Shown here: piece by piece, positions 36,540 through 46,061 of the stretch
Position numbering within the stretch: position 1 is the stretch's first letter
Layout: the number at the start of each line of letters is the position of its first letter
NCBI RefSeq assembly: GCF_002796975.1
Contig: NZ_PEKV01000003.1
Span: forward strand, 14,870-78,869
Origin: Ferrovibrio sp.
GTDB lineage: Bacteria > Pseudomonadota > Alphaproteobacteria > Ferrovibrionales > Ferrovibrionaceae
Reading direction: 5' to 3'
DNA length: 64,000 nucleotides
Notes under the pieces: generated by a model
The model's database searches: none
What the model saw: the letters and a program-made list of their open reading frames with translations, nothing else
Told to the model about the DNA's origin: nothing
Made by a program: the position numbers and the translations under genes

Positions 36540-37427
36540 ATGAAGCTGAAACCGCCGCAGCGCCTGGGCAAACTGCCGCTCAACACGCTGGCGCCGAATA
36601 TCCTCACCATCATCGCGCTCTGTTCGGGGCTGACCGCGATCCGTTTTGCGTTGCTCGGCCAGTTCAAATTCGCCGTGCTGGCCATCGCCACGGCGGCCTT
36701 CTTCGACATGCTGGATGGCCGTGTCGCGCGGCTGCTGAAAGGCGCCTCGAAATTCGGCGCCGAACTGGATTCGCTGTCGGACTTCCTCAGCTTCGGCGTC
36801 GCGCCGGCGATGGTGCTGTATTTCTGGACGCTGCACGATCTCGGGGCCGGCGGCAATACCGGCTGGCTGGTCGTGCTGGCCTTTGCCGTCTGCGCGGCGC
36901 TGCGCCTTGCGCGTTTCAACACCGCACTCGATGACGACAGCAAGCCGGTCTGGACCGGCAGCTTCTTCACCGGCGTGCCGGCGCCGGCCGGCGCCGGCCT
37001 GAGTCTGCTGTTCCTGATCATCAACCTGGAACTCGAAAGCGCCTTTTTCGCCTCGCCCTTCCTCAATGCGGTCTGGATGCTGTGCATCGGCGGGTTGATG
37101 ATCAGCCGCGTGCCGACATACTCGTTCAAGCGCGTGCGGGTGAAGCGCGAATATGTCGGCCTCGTGCTGCTCGGCGTCGGGCTTCTCGTGGCGGCCTTGC
37201 TGAACCAGCCGTGGTATACGCTGGCGGCGATGGAGATCGCCTACATCGCGTCGATCCCGCTCTCGATCAAGGCGCATGACAGGCTGAAACGCGGCGATGC
37301 CCAGGCGCAGACCGGAGATATGGCCGATGCGGCAGCAGCCTCCGCAGCCATGCCCGCTGCGCCTGCTGCCGGCAGCGACGCGGACGGCGAAAGCAAGCCC
37401 GGCAGCACGCCGGGAGTCCTACACTAA
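36540..37427 (+). CDS. pssA: CDP-diacylglycerol--serine O-phosphatidyltransferase
   Basis: CDP-alcohol motif DMLDGRVAR....S.FGAELDSLSD, ALRLARFN, FFTGVPAP; follows psd. Confidence 0.93.
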   Translation: MKLKPPQRLGKLPLNTLAPNILTIIALCSGLTAIRFALLGQFKFAVLAIATAAFFDMLDGRVARLLKGASKFGAELDSLSDFLSFGVAPAMVLYFWTLHDLGAGGNTGWLVVLAFAVCAALRLARFNTALDDDSKPVWTGSFFTGVPAPAGAGLSLLFLIINLELESAFFASPFLNAVWMLCIGGLMISRVPTYSFKRVRVKREYVGLVLLGVGLLVAALLNQPWYTLAAMEIAYIASIPLSIKAHDRLKRGDAQAQTGDMADAAAASAAMPAAPAAGSDADGESKPGSTPGVLH

Positions 37428-37445
37428 AACTTTCCCGCCCGCATC

Positions 37446-38591
37446 ATGCGTGCCGCAATTCTCGCGGGTCTGTTCAGCATTTTTGCCTGTGCATCCACAG
37501 CGCAGGCCGCCGATGCCGATCTGCGCAACATCGTCGACCGCGCCTTCCGCCCGCTGCTGCAGGCGCATGACGTGCCCGGCATGGCCGTCGCCATCACGGC
37601 CAGTGGCCGCACGGAAATCGTCACCTACGGCGTGGCGTCGAAAGAGAGTAAGGCGCCGGTGACTCCCGACACGCTGTTCGAGCTCGGCTCGGTCAGCAAG
37701 ACCTTCACCGGCATTCTCGGCGGCTATGCGGTCGCGCTCGGCCGCACGACGCTCAATGATCATCCCGGCCAGTATCTGCCGGCGTTGCGTGGCAGTGCAG
37801 TGGATCGTGCCACCCTGCTGCAACTCGGCACCTACACCGCCGGAGGATTGCCGCTGCAATTCCCGGCTGATGTCACCAGCCATGAGCGCATGATCGACTG
37901 GTTACAGCATTGGTCGCCGTCAGCGGCACCCGGCACGCAGCGGCGCTATTCCAATCCCAGCATCGGGTTATTCGGTCATCTTGCCGCCATGTCGCTGGGG
38001 CGCGATTTCGCCACACTGGCGGAACGCGAGCTGTTTCCGCAATTCGGCCTGCGCAGCACCTTCGTGCGCGTGCCGAAGCCGGAGATGGCGCGCTATGCGC
38101 AGGGCTATGATCGCGCGAACCGGCCGGTGCGCGTCAATCCCGGCGTGTTCGATGCCGAAGCCTATGGCGTGAAGTCATCGGCCGCCGACATGATCCGCTT
38201 TATCCAGTGCAACTTACGCCCTGCGGAACTGGAGCCGCCGATGCGGCGCGCAGTGGAAATCGCGCAGAGCGGCTATGCGAAGATCGGATCCATGATTCAG
38301 GGACTGGGATGGGAGCAGTATTCCTGGCCGGTGAAACTGGAACAGCTGCAAGCTGGCAATGGCGAACAGATGAGCCGGCAGGACAACGCGGCCACGACAC
38401 TGTCGCCGCCGCAGCCTCCGTCGGCTTCGCGCCTATATAACAAGACCGGTGCGACGAACGGCTTCGGCGCCTATGTCGCCTTCCTGCCGGAAAAGAATGT
38501 CGGCCTTGTCATGTTGGCCAACCGCAACCTGCCGATCCCGGCGCGCGTCACGGCGGCCCATGCCGTGCTGGATCAGCTGGCGCGCCCATAA
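37446..38591 (+). CDS. ampC: Class C beta-lactamase
   Basis: Signal peptide, FELGSVSK (SxxK), YSNPSIG (YxN), NKTGATNGF (KTG), [14 protein letters not shown]. Confidence 0.9.
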   Translation: MRAAILAGLFSIFACASTAQAADADLRNIVDRAFRPLLQAHDVPGMAVAITASGRTEIVTYGVASKESKAPVTPDTLFELGSVSKTFTGILGGYAVALGRTTLNDHPGQYLPALRGSAVDRATLLQLGTYTAGGLPLQFPADVTSHERMIDWLQHWSPSAAPGTQRRYSNPSIGLFGHLAAMSLGRDFATLAERELFPQFGLRSTFVRVPKPEMARYAQGYDRANRPVRVNPGVFDAEAYGVKSSAADMIRFIQCNLRPAELEPPMRRAVEIAQSGYAKIGSMIQGLGWEQYSWPVKLEQLQAGNGEQMSRQDNAATTLSPPQPPSASRLYNKTGATNGFGAYVAFLPEKNVGLVMLANRNLPIPARVTAAHAVLDQLARP

Positions 38592-38603
38592 CCTAGTGAA
38601 TGG

Positions 38604-38969
38604 TCAGTGACTGCTGCGCCGGCGCTTGTCCAGCCTGGCTTTCAGCTTGGCGGCAAAGTCGCCGCCGTCATCCTTCTGCGCCAGGAACAGTTCGATCGCC
38701 AGCGTGGCGCGATCCTGGTCGGTGGTGGGAGGTCCTTTCCTGGCGATCTTCTCGCCGAGGCGCAGGATCTGCGGATTGAGCCTGGCGCGGATCGCCCGGA
38801 TCTGCTGCGCCAGCAGGATGCGCGGGTCCCGGGACTCGCTCTTGGCCGGCCCGGTGTATTTCTGGGTGGGTTTGGCCGCCGGAACCGGCTCCGCGCCGAA
38901 CAGCCGGGCCAGCAGGCCGGGCTTCGCCGGAGTCTTCTGGGCAGGTTTGGACAGCTTGGGCTTGGACAA
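38604..38969 (-). CDS. Hypothetical protein (121 aa)
   Basis: Fills the intergenic gap. Lys/Pro-rich N-terminus and helical C-terminus; no recognised family. Confidence 0.55.
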   Translation of the reverse strand: MSKPKLSKPAQKTPAKPGLLARLFGAEPVPAAKPTQKYTGPAKSESRDPRILLAQQIRAIRARLNPQILRLGEKIARKGPPTTDQDRATLAIELFLAQKDDGGDFAAKLKARLDKRRRSSH

Positions 38970-39095
38970 GACGGCGGCTCTTTCCCGGTGCGGTTCTGCT
39001 GACGAAGGCCTTGGTGATATTAACGATTCGCCCCTCTACCTGCCATCTTACTTTAATTCCTTGTCAAGGGCTTGCTGTCATCTTACATCTTAACC

Positions 39096-39389
39096 ATGAG
39101 CCTTTTCGTGCCACCTATTCTGCCGCAGCCCCTGGCGAGTAATCCGGCCCAGGGACTGTCCCAGCAGAGCCAAGCTCCCAACGCAGCCCAGGCGGCTGCG
39201 GCGGTGACGGCTGTGCCGGTTGGCGGCCAGCAGACCCGCATGGCGGCGACCGCCTCGGGCAACAGCGGCGGCAGCGGCGCGGCCAAGGGCGAGAAGGGCA
39301 AAAAGGCGGATAACCAGGCCGCCGCCACCGAAGCCAAGACCGACACGCGTCCGCGCGGCCTGGGCCGCAAGGCCGATCTCAGCGTCTGA
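39096..39389 (+). CDS. Low-complexity hypothetical protein
   Basis: Ala/Gln/Gly-rich, ending RGLGRKADLSV; no clear RBS. Confidence 0.5.
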   Translation: MSLFVPPILPQPLASNPAQGLSQQSQAPNAAQAAAAVTAVPVGGQQTRMAATASGNSGGSGAAKGEKGKKADNQAAATEAKTDTRPRGLGRKADLSV

Positions 39390-39515
39390 CCTTCTGAAAT
39401 CTTCCGGCTAAATCTCCAGCTAAATCTTTTGGGCTCTGAAACTGCTGCAGCGATGCGGCGTTGTCCTCGTGTGCCTGCGCCGCAACGGCGCGCGTCAGTT
39501 CCGTGCGAGGCCGCC

Positions 39516-39887
39516 ATGAATCCGATGCAGTATCCGCGTTTCGCCCGTCCCGGCCTCAATCCCGATATGAGTCGCGCGACGGCCTCCTTGCATCATGCGC
39601 GCGGCAGTCTCGCCACCGTGGAACGCGGTGCGCGGCTGTATTTCGCACAGGATGTGCAGCCGCTGGTGCTGCAGGCCTGCCGGGCGCATGGCATCGGCTT
39701 CGATCTCTTCGCCGCCCGCTTCAACCTGCCGCGCAGTGCGCTGGTGCTGGTGCTGAAAGGTCATGATCCGGTGTCGCGCCAGGCCCAGCGCGCCATCGAG
39801 GATTTCGTGCTGCGGGGCCTGAGCCTCAGCGCCGGCATCACGCCCTGGCAGCAGGCCGCCGCCGCCACGGCCCAGGATCGCTTGTAG
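39516..39887 (+). CDS. Hypothetical protein with XRE-like HTH (paralog A)
   Basis: DVQPLVLQACRAHGIGFDLFAARFNLPRSALVLVLKGHDPV; GAGG RBS. Confidence 0.6.
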   Translation: MNPMQYPRFARPGLNPDMSRATASLHHARGSLATVERGARLYFAQDVQPLVLQACRAHGIGFDLFAARFNLPRSALVLVLKGHDPVSRQAQRAIEDFVLRGLSLSAGITPWQQAAAATAQDRL

Positions 39888-40004
39888 GCGTCATTTCCGA
39901 TTTTCCATCACGTATTTGTCCCGCGCTGGTCACCGCGCGTGGGCCGGCCGGCGGAAACTTCCGCGGCCATTCTGCTGTTTGGCTTGCAGCGATGCGACCC
40001 GGAG

Positions 40005-40628
40005 ATGCCCGTGCCCCCGGAAATGATCCAGACTCCCGCGCAGCAGGCCGATGACGATTTCCTGCTCGATGACGGCCTGCCCTGCCTGCGCCGCGACGGC
40101 CGGCTGTATTACCTGAACGACGTGCAGCCGCGCGTGCTGGAGGCCTGCCGCCAGTTCGAGATCAGCTTCGACCAGCTGGCCGAAAAGCTGGGCATGACGC
40201 GGCCTGTGCTGCTGCTGATCCTGAAAGGCTACGATCCGGTGACGCCGGTGCTGAAAGGCATGATCGACCGGCTGCTGGCGCAGGCCGGCCTGCTGTCGCC
40301 GCTGCATGCCGAGGGCGCGTCGATGTCTGAATCGATCCGCGGCGTCACGACGGAACCGCCGCCGGTGGTCACCATCATTGAATCCGTACCGGTGCCCGAA
40401 CCGCCGGCAGTGGACGAGGATGACGAGGACGAAGCGATCACCGTGACGGCCGAAGCCATGGGCGAAACGCTGGTGCCCCAGCCGCTGACACCTGGCCGTC
40501 CCGCCGCCTCGGTGCCGCCGGGCTCTGCAGCGATGGTGCCGCCGGTGGTGTTCGCGCCCGGCCTGCCGGACTTCACGCCGGGTCTGCGTCGTGCGCCGCG
40601 CCGGCGGCGGGGCCGATTGGGAGCGTGA
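40005..40628 (+). CDS. Hypothetical protein with XRE-like HTH and acidic/Pro-rich tail (paralog B)
   Basis: DVQPRVLEACRQFEISFDQLAEKLGMTRPVLLLILKGYDPV; aligns with paralog A. Confidence 0.6.
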   Translation: MPVPPEMIQTPAQQADDDFLLDDGLPCLRRDGRLYYLNDVQPRVLEACRQFEISFDQLAEKLGMTRPVLLLILKGYDPVTPVLKGMIDRLLAQAGLLSPLHAEGASMSESIRGVTTEPPPVVTIIESVPVPEPPAVDEDDEDEAITVTAEAMGETLVPQPLTPGRPAASVPPGSAAMVPPVVFAPGLPDFTPGLRRAPRRRRGRLGA

Positions 40629-40819
40629 TTACACTCCGTTGTGGGTGGAGGCGTCGACGCGACACAAGATAAGCTTTGAGAGCATTTGTGCAGCATGACG
40701 CCGGCTGCATCGGCACAATCTCAGCGCAGCCTGGCAACAGATTTTGTTAACCAAAGCCCTGCACTCTCCCTCGCGTGACAACCGATTCGACACGCGATTC
40801 ATTTGAGGGGGATAAGGAT

Positions 40820-40972
40820 ATGCCGGCTCGTATTCGGCACCTGCGCACCATTCTGGCGTCCATCAACGAACAGCTGCAGCAGGATGCACTCCGCCCCGAA
40901 GCCCGCGCTTATCTCGAGCGCACCGCCGATGCCTGCCGTACGGCGATCCGGGATCTCGCGCTCAAACTCTGA
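40820..40972 (+). CDS. Small helical hypothetical protein (50 aa)
   Basis: AAGGA RBS directly before ATG 40820; amphipathic two-helix pattern. Confidence 0.45.
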   Translation: MPARIRHLRTILASINEQLQQDALRPEARAYLERTADACRTAIRDLALKL

Positions 40973-40984
40973 TCAGAAGAAACG

Positions 40985-41878
40985 CTAGATTCTCGCCGGC
41001 TGCTGCAACAGCCGGCGCAGCAACCCTGCATTCACCAGCAGGCCGAACAGGATCAGCGCGGCGCCGCCGAGCTTCATCGTGGACGGCATCTCGTCCAGCA
41101 CGGCCCAGGCGCTGAGCAGGCCGAACACCGGCACCAGCAAGGTGAATGGCGCCACCAGCGACGCATTATGCTGCCGCAGCAGCAGGCTCCAGCCGGCGAA
41201 GGCAGCGGTGGTCGACAGCAGGCCGATATAGAGCACGGCCAGCAGCCCGCGCAGCTCGAGGCTGGCGAAGGCAGCGGCGATTGTGTCGGGCCCTTCGAAA
41301 ATCCACGACAGGCCGAACATCGGCAGCGGCGGCACGGCGCTGACCCAGATCATGAAGGCAAGCGGATTCGGTGCAGCGGCCCGCCGCGTCATGATATTGG
41401 CGAGGCCCCAGCAGGCGGCAGCCGCGATCAGGGTCAGGAAAGCGATCAGCCCGCCAGAGAATGTACTTGTGCCGTCCATGTCGCCGGCGATCACGACAAG
41501 TCCGCCGGCGGCAATCGACAATCCAAACCACTGCATCCGGCGCGGCCGTTCGCCCAGCAGCACTGCTGCGAACGCCACGCTGAACAACGCCTGCGCCTGC
41601 ATCACCACGGACGCGAGCCCGGCCGGCATGCCCCAGGCCATGGCAAGGAACAGCAGGCTGAATTTCGTCACGCCCAGCACCAGCCCGACGCCGATCACCC
41701 AGCGCCATGGAACGCCCGGCGTACGGAAGACCAGCAGGAAGGGCAGGCTGGCGACGACGAAACGCAGGCCATTGAACAGCAGCGGCGGGAAGGCATCGAG
41801 CCCGAGCCGGATCACGACGAAATTGAAGCCCCAGATCGCAGCGATCAGGACGGCGAGGGCGATATGCGGAACCGGCAT
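40985..41878 (-). CDS. EamA/DMT family exporter
   Basis: IWGFNFVVIRLGL..FPPLLF..LRF, GMPAGLAS.V.Q.QA, VAPFTLLVPVFG. Confidence 0.9.
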   Translation of the reverse strand: MPVPHIALAVLIAAIWGFNFVVIRLGLDAFPPLLFNGLRFVVASLPFLLVFRTPGVPWRWVIGVGLVLGVTKFSLLFLAMAWGMPAGLASVVMQAQALFSVAFAAVLLGERPRRMQWFGLSIAAGGLVVIAGDMDGTSTFSGGLIAFLTLIAAAACWGLANIMTRRAAAPNPLAFMIWVSAVPPLPMFGLSWIFEGPDTIAAAFASLELRGLLAVLYIGLLSTTAAFAGWSLLLRQHNASLVAPFTLLVPVFGLLSAWAVLDEMPSTMKLGGAALILFGLLVNAGLLRRLLQQPARI

Positions 41879-42116
41879 CGAAGGCTCTGGCGCGAAACTC
41901 TGCGGGGGGAAGCAGTTTTTGTACGATTGGGGCGGAAAATGCCTGCCGCCGGCTGAACAGGCCAGCGGAATATTGTCGGGATACATTCACGCCGTCATGC
42001 GCGGTCAGCCACTTACCTGTAAGGTCAGATTGTCGGGTGGCAATTTGCTGCTCGACAGGCCGGCATCAGCGCGGCAATCACAGGCCTCCTTATCTGTCTG
42101 CAGATGGACTGCTTCG

Positions 42117-43280
42117 ATGAATCAGCAAAGCCCGACCTCGAATTTTCTGCCGTCGCAGCGCGCGCTGTTCGATATCCCCGAGGATGTCGCCTATCTCAAC
42201 AGCGCCTATATGGGGCCGATGCCGAAAGCGGCGGTTGAGGCCGGCGAACGCGGCATGCGCGCCAAGCTCAACCCCTGGACGATTGCACCGGCCGACTTTT
42301 TCACGGAATCGGAAGCCGTGCGTGGCCTGTTTGCCAAACTGGTCAATGCCACGGCCGACGATGTCGCGCTGGTGCCGAGCGTGTCCTACGGCATGGCGGT
42401 GGCGGCCAATATCCTGCCGCTGAAAAAAGGCCAGACGGTCATCACGCTGGCCGAGCAGTTCCCGTCCAATGTCTATCCCTGGATCGAGAAGGCAAAGGCT
42501 GTCGGCGCCACTTTCGTCAACATCCCGCGTCCCGGTGACGATGACTGGACCGCGCTGGTGTTGCAGCGCATCGATTCAAATACAGGAATCGTGGCCCTGC
42601 CGCATTGCCACTGGACCGATGGCGGCCTGCTCGATCTCGTCGCCATCGGCGCGGCCTGTCGCAAGGTCGGCGCCGCACTCTGCATCGATGCCACGCAGTC
42701 GATGGGCGTGATGCCCTTCGACGTGCAGGCGATCCAACCGGATTTCCTCGTCTCGGGCGGCTACAAGTGGCTGCTCGGGCCTTACACCTACGGCTATATG
42801 TATGTGGCGAAGCCGTGGCAGGACGGCATGCCGATCGAGCAGAACTGGATCGCGCGCAGGGACTCGGAAAACTTCGCCGGCCTCGTCGATTACAAGAGCG
42901 ACTACCAGCCCGGCGCGCGGCGCTTCGATGTCGGCGAGCGCAGCAATTTCGCGCTGGCGCCGGCCGCACATGCCGCGCTCGACTATCTGCTCACGCTCGG
43001 CACCGCGCGCATCTACGCGACGCTCAAACACCGCAACGATGCGATTGCCGAACGCGCGCGTGCTGAACTCGGACTTGATACCGTGCGCGCCGACCGCCGC
43101 GCCGGGCATTATCTGGGCTTACGTTTTGGTGGCGCCGTGCCGGCTGATCTGCCAATGAGGCTGGCGGCGGAAAAGATTTTCGTCAGCGTGCGCGGCAGGG
43201 CGATGCGCGTCACGCCGCATGTCTACAACACCGATGCCGATATCGAGAAGCTGTTCAGGGTGCTGAAGTCGGTGCTGTAG
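42117..43280 (+). CDS. PLP-dependent aminotransferase class V
   Basis: YLNSAYMGP, IDATQSMG, GGYKWLLGP (PLP Lys), RVTPHVYN. Confidence 0.9.
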   Translation: MNQQSPTSNFLPSQRALFDIPEDVAYLNSAYMGPMPKAAVEAGERGMRAKLNPWTIAPADFFTESEAVRGLFAKLVNATADDVALVPSVSYGMAVAANILPLKKGQTVITLAEQFPSNVYPWIEKAKAVGATFVNIPRPGDDDWTALVLQRIDSNTGIVALPHCHWTDGGLLDLVAIGAACRKVGAALCIDATQSMGVMPFDVQAIQPDFLVSGGYKWLLGPYTYGYMYVAKPWQDGMPIEQNWIARRDSENFAGLVDYKSDYQPGARRFDVGERSNFALAPAAHAALDYLLTLGTARIYATLKHRNDAIAERARAELGLDTVRADRRAGHYLGLRFGGAVPADLPMRLAAEKIFVSVRGRAMRVTPHVYNTDADIEKLFRVLKSVL

Positions 43281-43313
43281 CTTTCTTGCCGTCTCGGGCT
43301 TCATTGTAACCTT

Positions 43314-43402
43314 TGTCATCCCCGGGCTTGTCCCGGGGATCCACGCCTTCCTTTTCTGCGTCGGTAAAGACGTGGATGGCCGGGACAAGCCCGGCCATGA
43401 CA
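43314..43402. repeat. REP-like palindromic dyad (CATCCACG/CGTGGATG subtype)
   Basis: tgtcatccccgggcttgtcccggggatccacg ... cgtggatggccgggacaagcccggccatgaca. Confidence 0.85.
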
Positions 43403-43449
43403 GTTAAGAGGGAGTGCGGCCGCCCTCTTCGCGAACGTCTTGTCGCCCG

Positions 43450-44037
43450 CTACGGCACCGGATACCAGAATTCCTCCGCCACGCGCGACGCGACCGGGCC
43501 GCTGCCGCGGCCGTTGCCGTCGAGGAAGGTGGTGATGCCGGCGACCCAGCGCAGGCGGCCCGCTTCGTCGGTCATCGGCATGGCCACCCGTTCCATCGGG
43601 ATGGCCACGCTCCAGTGCGGCGTCAGGCTGAAAGCCTTCTGGTAATAGATCGCCGGCTTGCCCAGGATGTTATGCGACAGGGCGTTTATCAGCGGCACCA
43701 TATTGGGCGGGTAGACCTCTTCCATCGCCTTGCCCTTCGGGCTGGAGCCATACCAGTCGACCAGGTTCTGACCGACGAGATGGAAATACAGCCGGCCGTC
43801 GTCGCGCCATTCCACGATCCAGATATCGGGCAGCGCCGCAGGAAACTGCAGCGGATCCAGCGCGCGGTAGCGGGGAATGCGATGGCCGGCCGCTGCATGG
43901 AGGTCGAGCCAGTGCTGCACCATCAGGCGATGGCTGGGCAGGGTGACATCGTCGAGCAAAGTGTCCAGCGGGCGCTGCGTGGATTGTGAAATCGTCATCG
44001 CGTCGGATGAAACGCTTTTACGAGCGGGCTGGTTCAT
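43450..44037 (-). CDS. Stand-alone PAS_5-type domain protein (array copy 4)
   Basis: RPLDTLL..TLPSHR, ALDPLQFPAALPDIWIV, FHLVGQN, ERVAMP, EFWYPVP; ATGA overlap with copy 3. Confidence 0.75.
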   Translation of the reverse strand: MNQPARKSVSSDAMTISQSTQRPLDTLLDDVTLPSHRLMVQHWLDLHAAAGHRIPRYRALDPLQFPAALPDIWIVEWRDDGRLYFHLVGQNLVDWYGSSPKGKAMEEVYPPNMVPLINALSHNILGKPAIYYQKAFSLTPHWSVAIPMERVAMPMTDEAGRLRWVAGITTFLDGNGRGSGPVASRVAEEFWYPVP

Positions 44038-44597
44038 TGCGAGCCTGTGGCCTGGGCGGGCACATCCGTGACCGGGATGCGGTACTGGCGCTGGAAATCG
44101 ATGATGACGGAGTCCTGCGCGCGGTCGGGCTCGTGCCGCGAATGCACGGTGGCGCTGATGATATGCCTGGCGCGACCGCTGGCATCCGCCAGCGGCAGGC
44201 TGAGGCGCTGCAGCGCCACGGAGTAATTCCACTGCGGCAGCATGCCGCTCATGCCGTGCAGGATGGCGGCCGGCGGTCGCAGTACGGCATGCGCCATGCC
44301 GATCAGTCTTTCGCGCGTCGGCGAGGGGAGCAGATCGGTCAGCAACTTGCCGCGCACCTCGCCGCCGTAGAAATCGTTGACATGGCCGCCGGCGAGGCGG
44401 AAACGGAACACGTTGCCGCCGTCGTGATTGAGGATGCAGATATCGGGCAGATGGCGGCCGAGGCTGAGCGGGTCGATGGCGGTCACGCGCGGCAGCGCGC
44501 CACCGCCGGCGGCATGCAGCTCGAGCCAGTGCGCCGCCAGCGCCCGGTGCGAGTCCAGCGTCAGGGCATCCATCAGGCCGGCAAAGTCGTATTGCAT
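44034..44597 (-). CDS. Stand-alone PAS_5-type domain protein (array copy 3)
   Basis: AIDPLSLGRHLPDICI, FRFRLAG..V..FYG.E..GK.L, RLSLPL. Confidence 0.8.
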   Translation of the reverse strand: MQYDFAGLMDALTLDSHRALAAHWLELHAAGGGALPRVTAIDPLSLGRHLPDICILNHDGGNVFRFRLAGGHVNDFYGGEVRGKLLTDLLPSPTRERLIGMAHAVLRPPAAILHGMSGMLPQWNYSVALQRLSLPLADASGRARHIISATVHSRHEPDRAQDSVIIDFQRQYRIPVTDVPAQATGSQ

Positions 44598-44708
44598 GAC
44601 CGCCCGCCCCTCCGGATGGCTGTGATCATGTCAACTCTGGGGTGAATCCGGCAGCAGGGATAATTGAAAATTGATAACCCGCCGGCTTCCGTCTCGCTGC
44701 GGCAATTC

Positions 44709-45224
44709 TTACGGAATCGGATACCAGTATTCGCGTTCAGGCGCGGGTTCGCCGGCATCGCGGTTGAAGATCGAATTGCCGAGGATATGCACGATTCTGC
44801 CGCCGGCCTTGTCGCGCAGCGGGAAGGTCAGGCGCTCAAAGGCGCGTGGCATATGTGCGCCATCCGGCACGTTGGTATGCACGCGCTGGAATCCGGCCTG
44901 CGGCCGTTCCAGCACCCGGCGCGACTGCTGCTCCAGCACCGGCACCACATGGGCCGGGAACAGATCCTGGTAAAACAGGCCCTTCGTGTTGCGGCCGTAC
45001 CAGGCCTGCAGCGTCTCGCCCATCAGGCGGAAGCAGAAGCGGCCGTCGTCTGTCAGGTCGACGATCCAGGCATCGGGCAGCGCGCGATGGAAATGCAGCG
45101 GATCGATCTCGGCCAGTGACGGCACCGTGCCGGCCGTGGCGTATAGCTCAAGCCAGTGCCCGGCCACGGCACGATGTCCGGGCAGATCGAGATCGGCGAG
45201 CAGGGTGTCGAGCGGGCGGTCCAT
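44709..45224 (-). CDS. Stand-alone PAS_5-type domain protein (array copy 2)
   Basis: MDRPLDTLL..LPGHR, IDPLHFHRALPDAWIV, FERLTFPL, EYWYPIP. Confidence 0.78.
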   Translation of the reverse strand: MDRPLDTLLADLDLPGHRAVAGHWLELYATAGTVPSLAEIDPLHFHRALPDAWIVDLTDDGRFCFRLMGETLQAWYGRNTKGLFYQDLFPAHVVPVLEQQSRRVLERPQAGFQRVHTNVPDGAHMPRAFERLTFPLRDKAGGRIVHILGNSIFNRDAGEPAPEREYWYPIP

Positions 45225-45365
45225 GGCGGGCAGGGAAGCGGCGGGGAACGGCGAAAAAAAGTCCGCGCAGCATAACCACGCGGACCGGCGGTTCAATCCT
45301 CCCCGCGGGCGAGTCGCCGCAGGGCAGCCATGCAGAAAGCCAGACTGTGTCCGGCGTCACGTCAT

Positions 45366-45941
45366 TCAGTCAGCGGTGGCGGGCGCAGATTCGTCAGCGT
45401 GAATTTCCGCTTCCGCCACCGGATACCATTGCTCGCTTTGTATGTCGCTGCGGATCATGCCATCGCCATGGCCGTCGCGGGTCTTGTAGACGGTGACACC
45501 GAACAGGCGCCGGATGCGGCCGTCCGTGTCGGCCAGCGGCAACGCGATTCGTTCGGCCGGCACCGGCGACAGGCGATTGCGCGTCGTGCTGAGCGTATGC
45601 TGATGGCAGATGGCCGGACGGTCGATGACCTGGCGCACCATGGCGGTCACCACCGGCAGGACGGTCTGCGTATAGACCTCCTCGAAGGTCAGGCCCTTCG
45701 GGTTACTGCCATGCCAGTCGATCATGTTCTGGCCCAGCAGGTGAAAGCGGAAAATCCCGTCATCGTCCTGATCGACAATCCAGACATCGGGCAGCGCCGC
45801 GGAGAATTGCAGGGGATCGAGGCTGGACAATGCCGGCACCCGGTTGCCGGCCGCGCCGTAAAGCGCCAGCCAGTGCTGGGCCACGGCGCGGTGACCGGGC
45901 AGGGTGAGGGTTTCCAGCAGGCTGGCTAACGGACGGGTCAC
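45366..45941 (-). CDS. Stand-alone PAS_5-type domain protein (array copy 1; probable GTG start)
   Basis: RPLASLL..LPGHR, LDPLQFSAALPDVWIV, FRFHLLGQN, ERIALPL, EQWYPV. Confidence 0.75.
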   Translation of the reverse strand: MTRPLASLLETLTLPGHRAVAQHWLALYGAAGNRVPALSSLDPLQFSAALPDVWIVDQDDDGIFRFHLLGQNMIDWHGSNPKGLTFEEVYTQTVLPVVTAMVRQVIDRPAICHQHTLSTTRNRLSPVPAERIALPLADTDGRIRRLFGVTVYKTRDGHGDGMIRSDIQSEQWYPVAEAEIHADESAPATAD

Positions 45942-46061
45942 CGGCTCAGTATATCGACGGCGCGTGGTGTTGCACCGAAATAGCGCAGCCACATAGGCGA
46001 AGACTGGTCCGTCCGGGCCGAATGGCGTATGTCATGCCGGGCCAGACCAGAGGTTTTCCCC

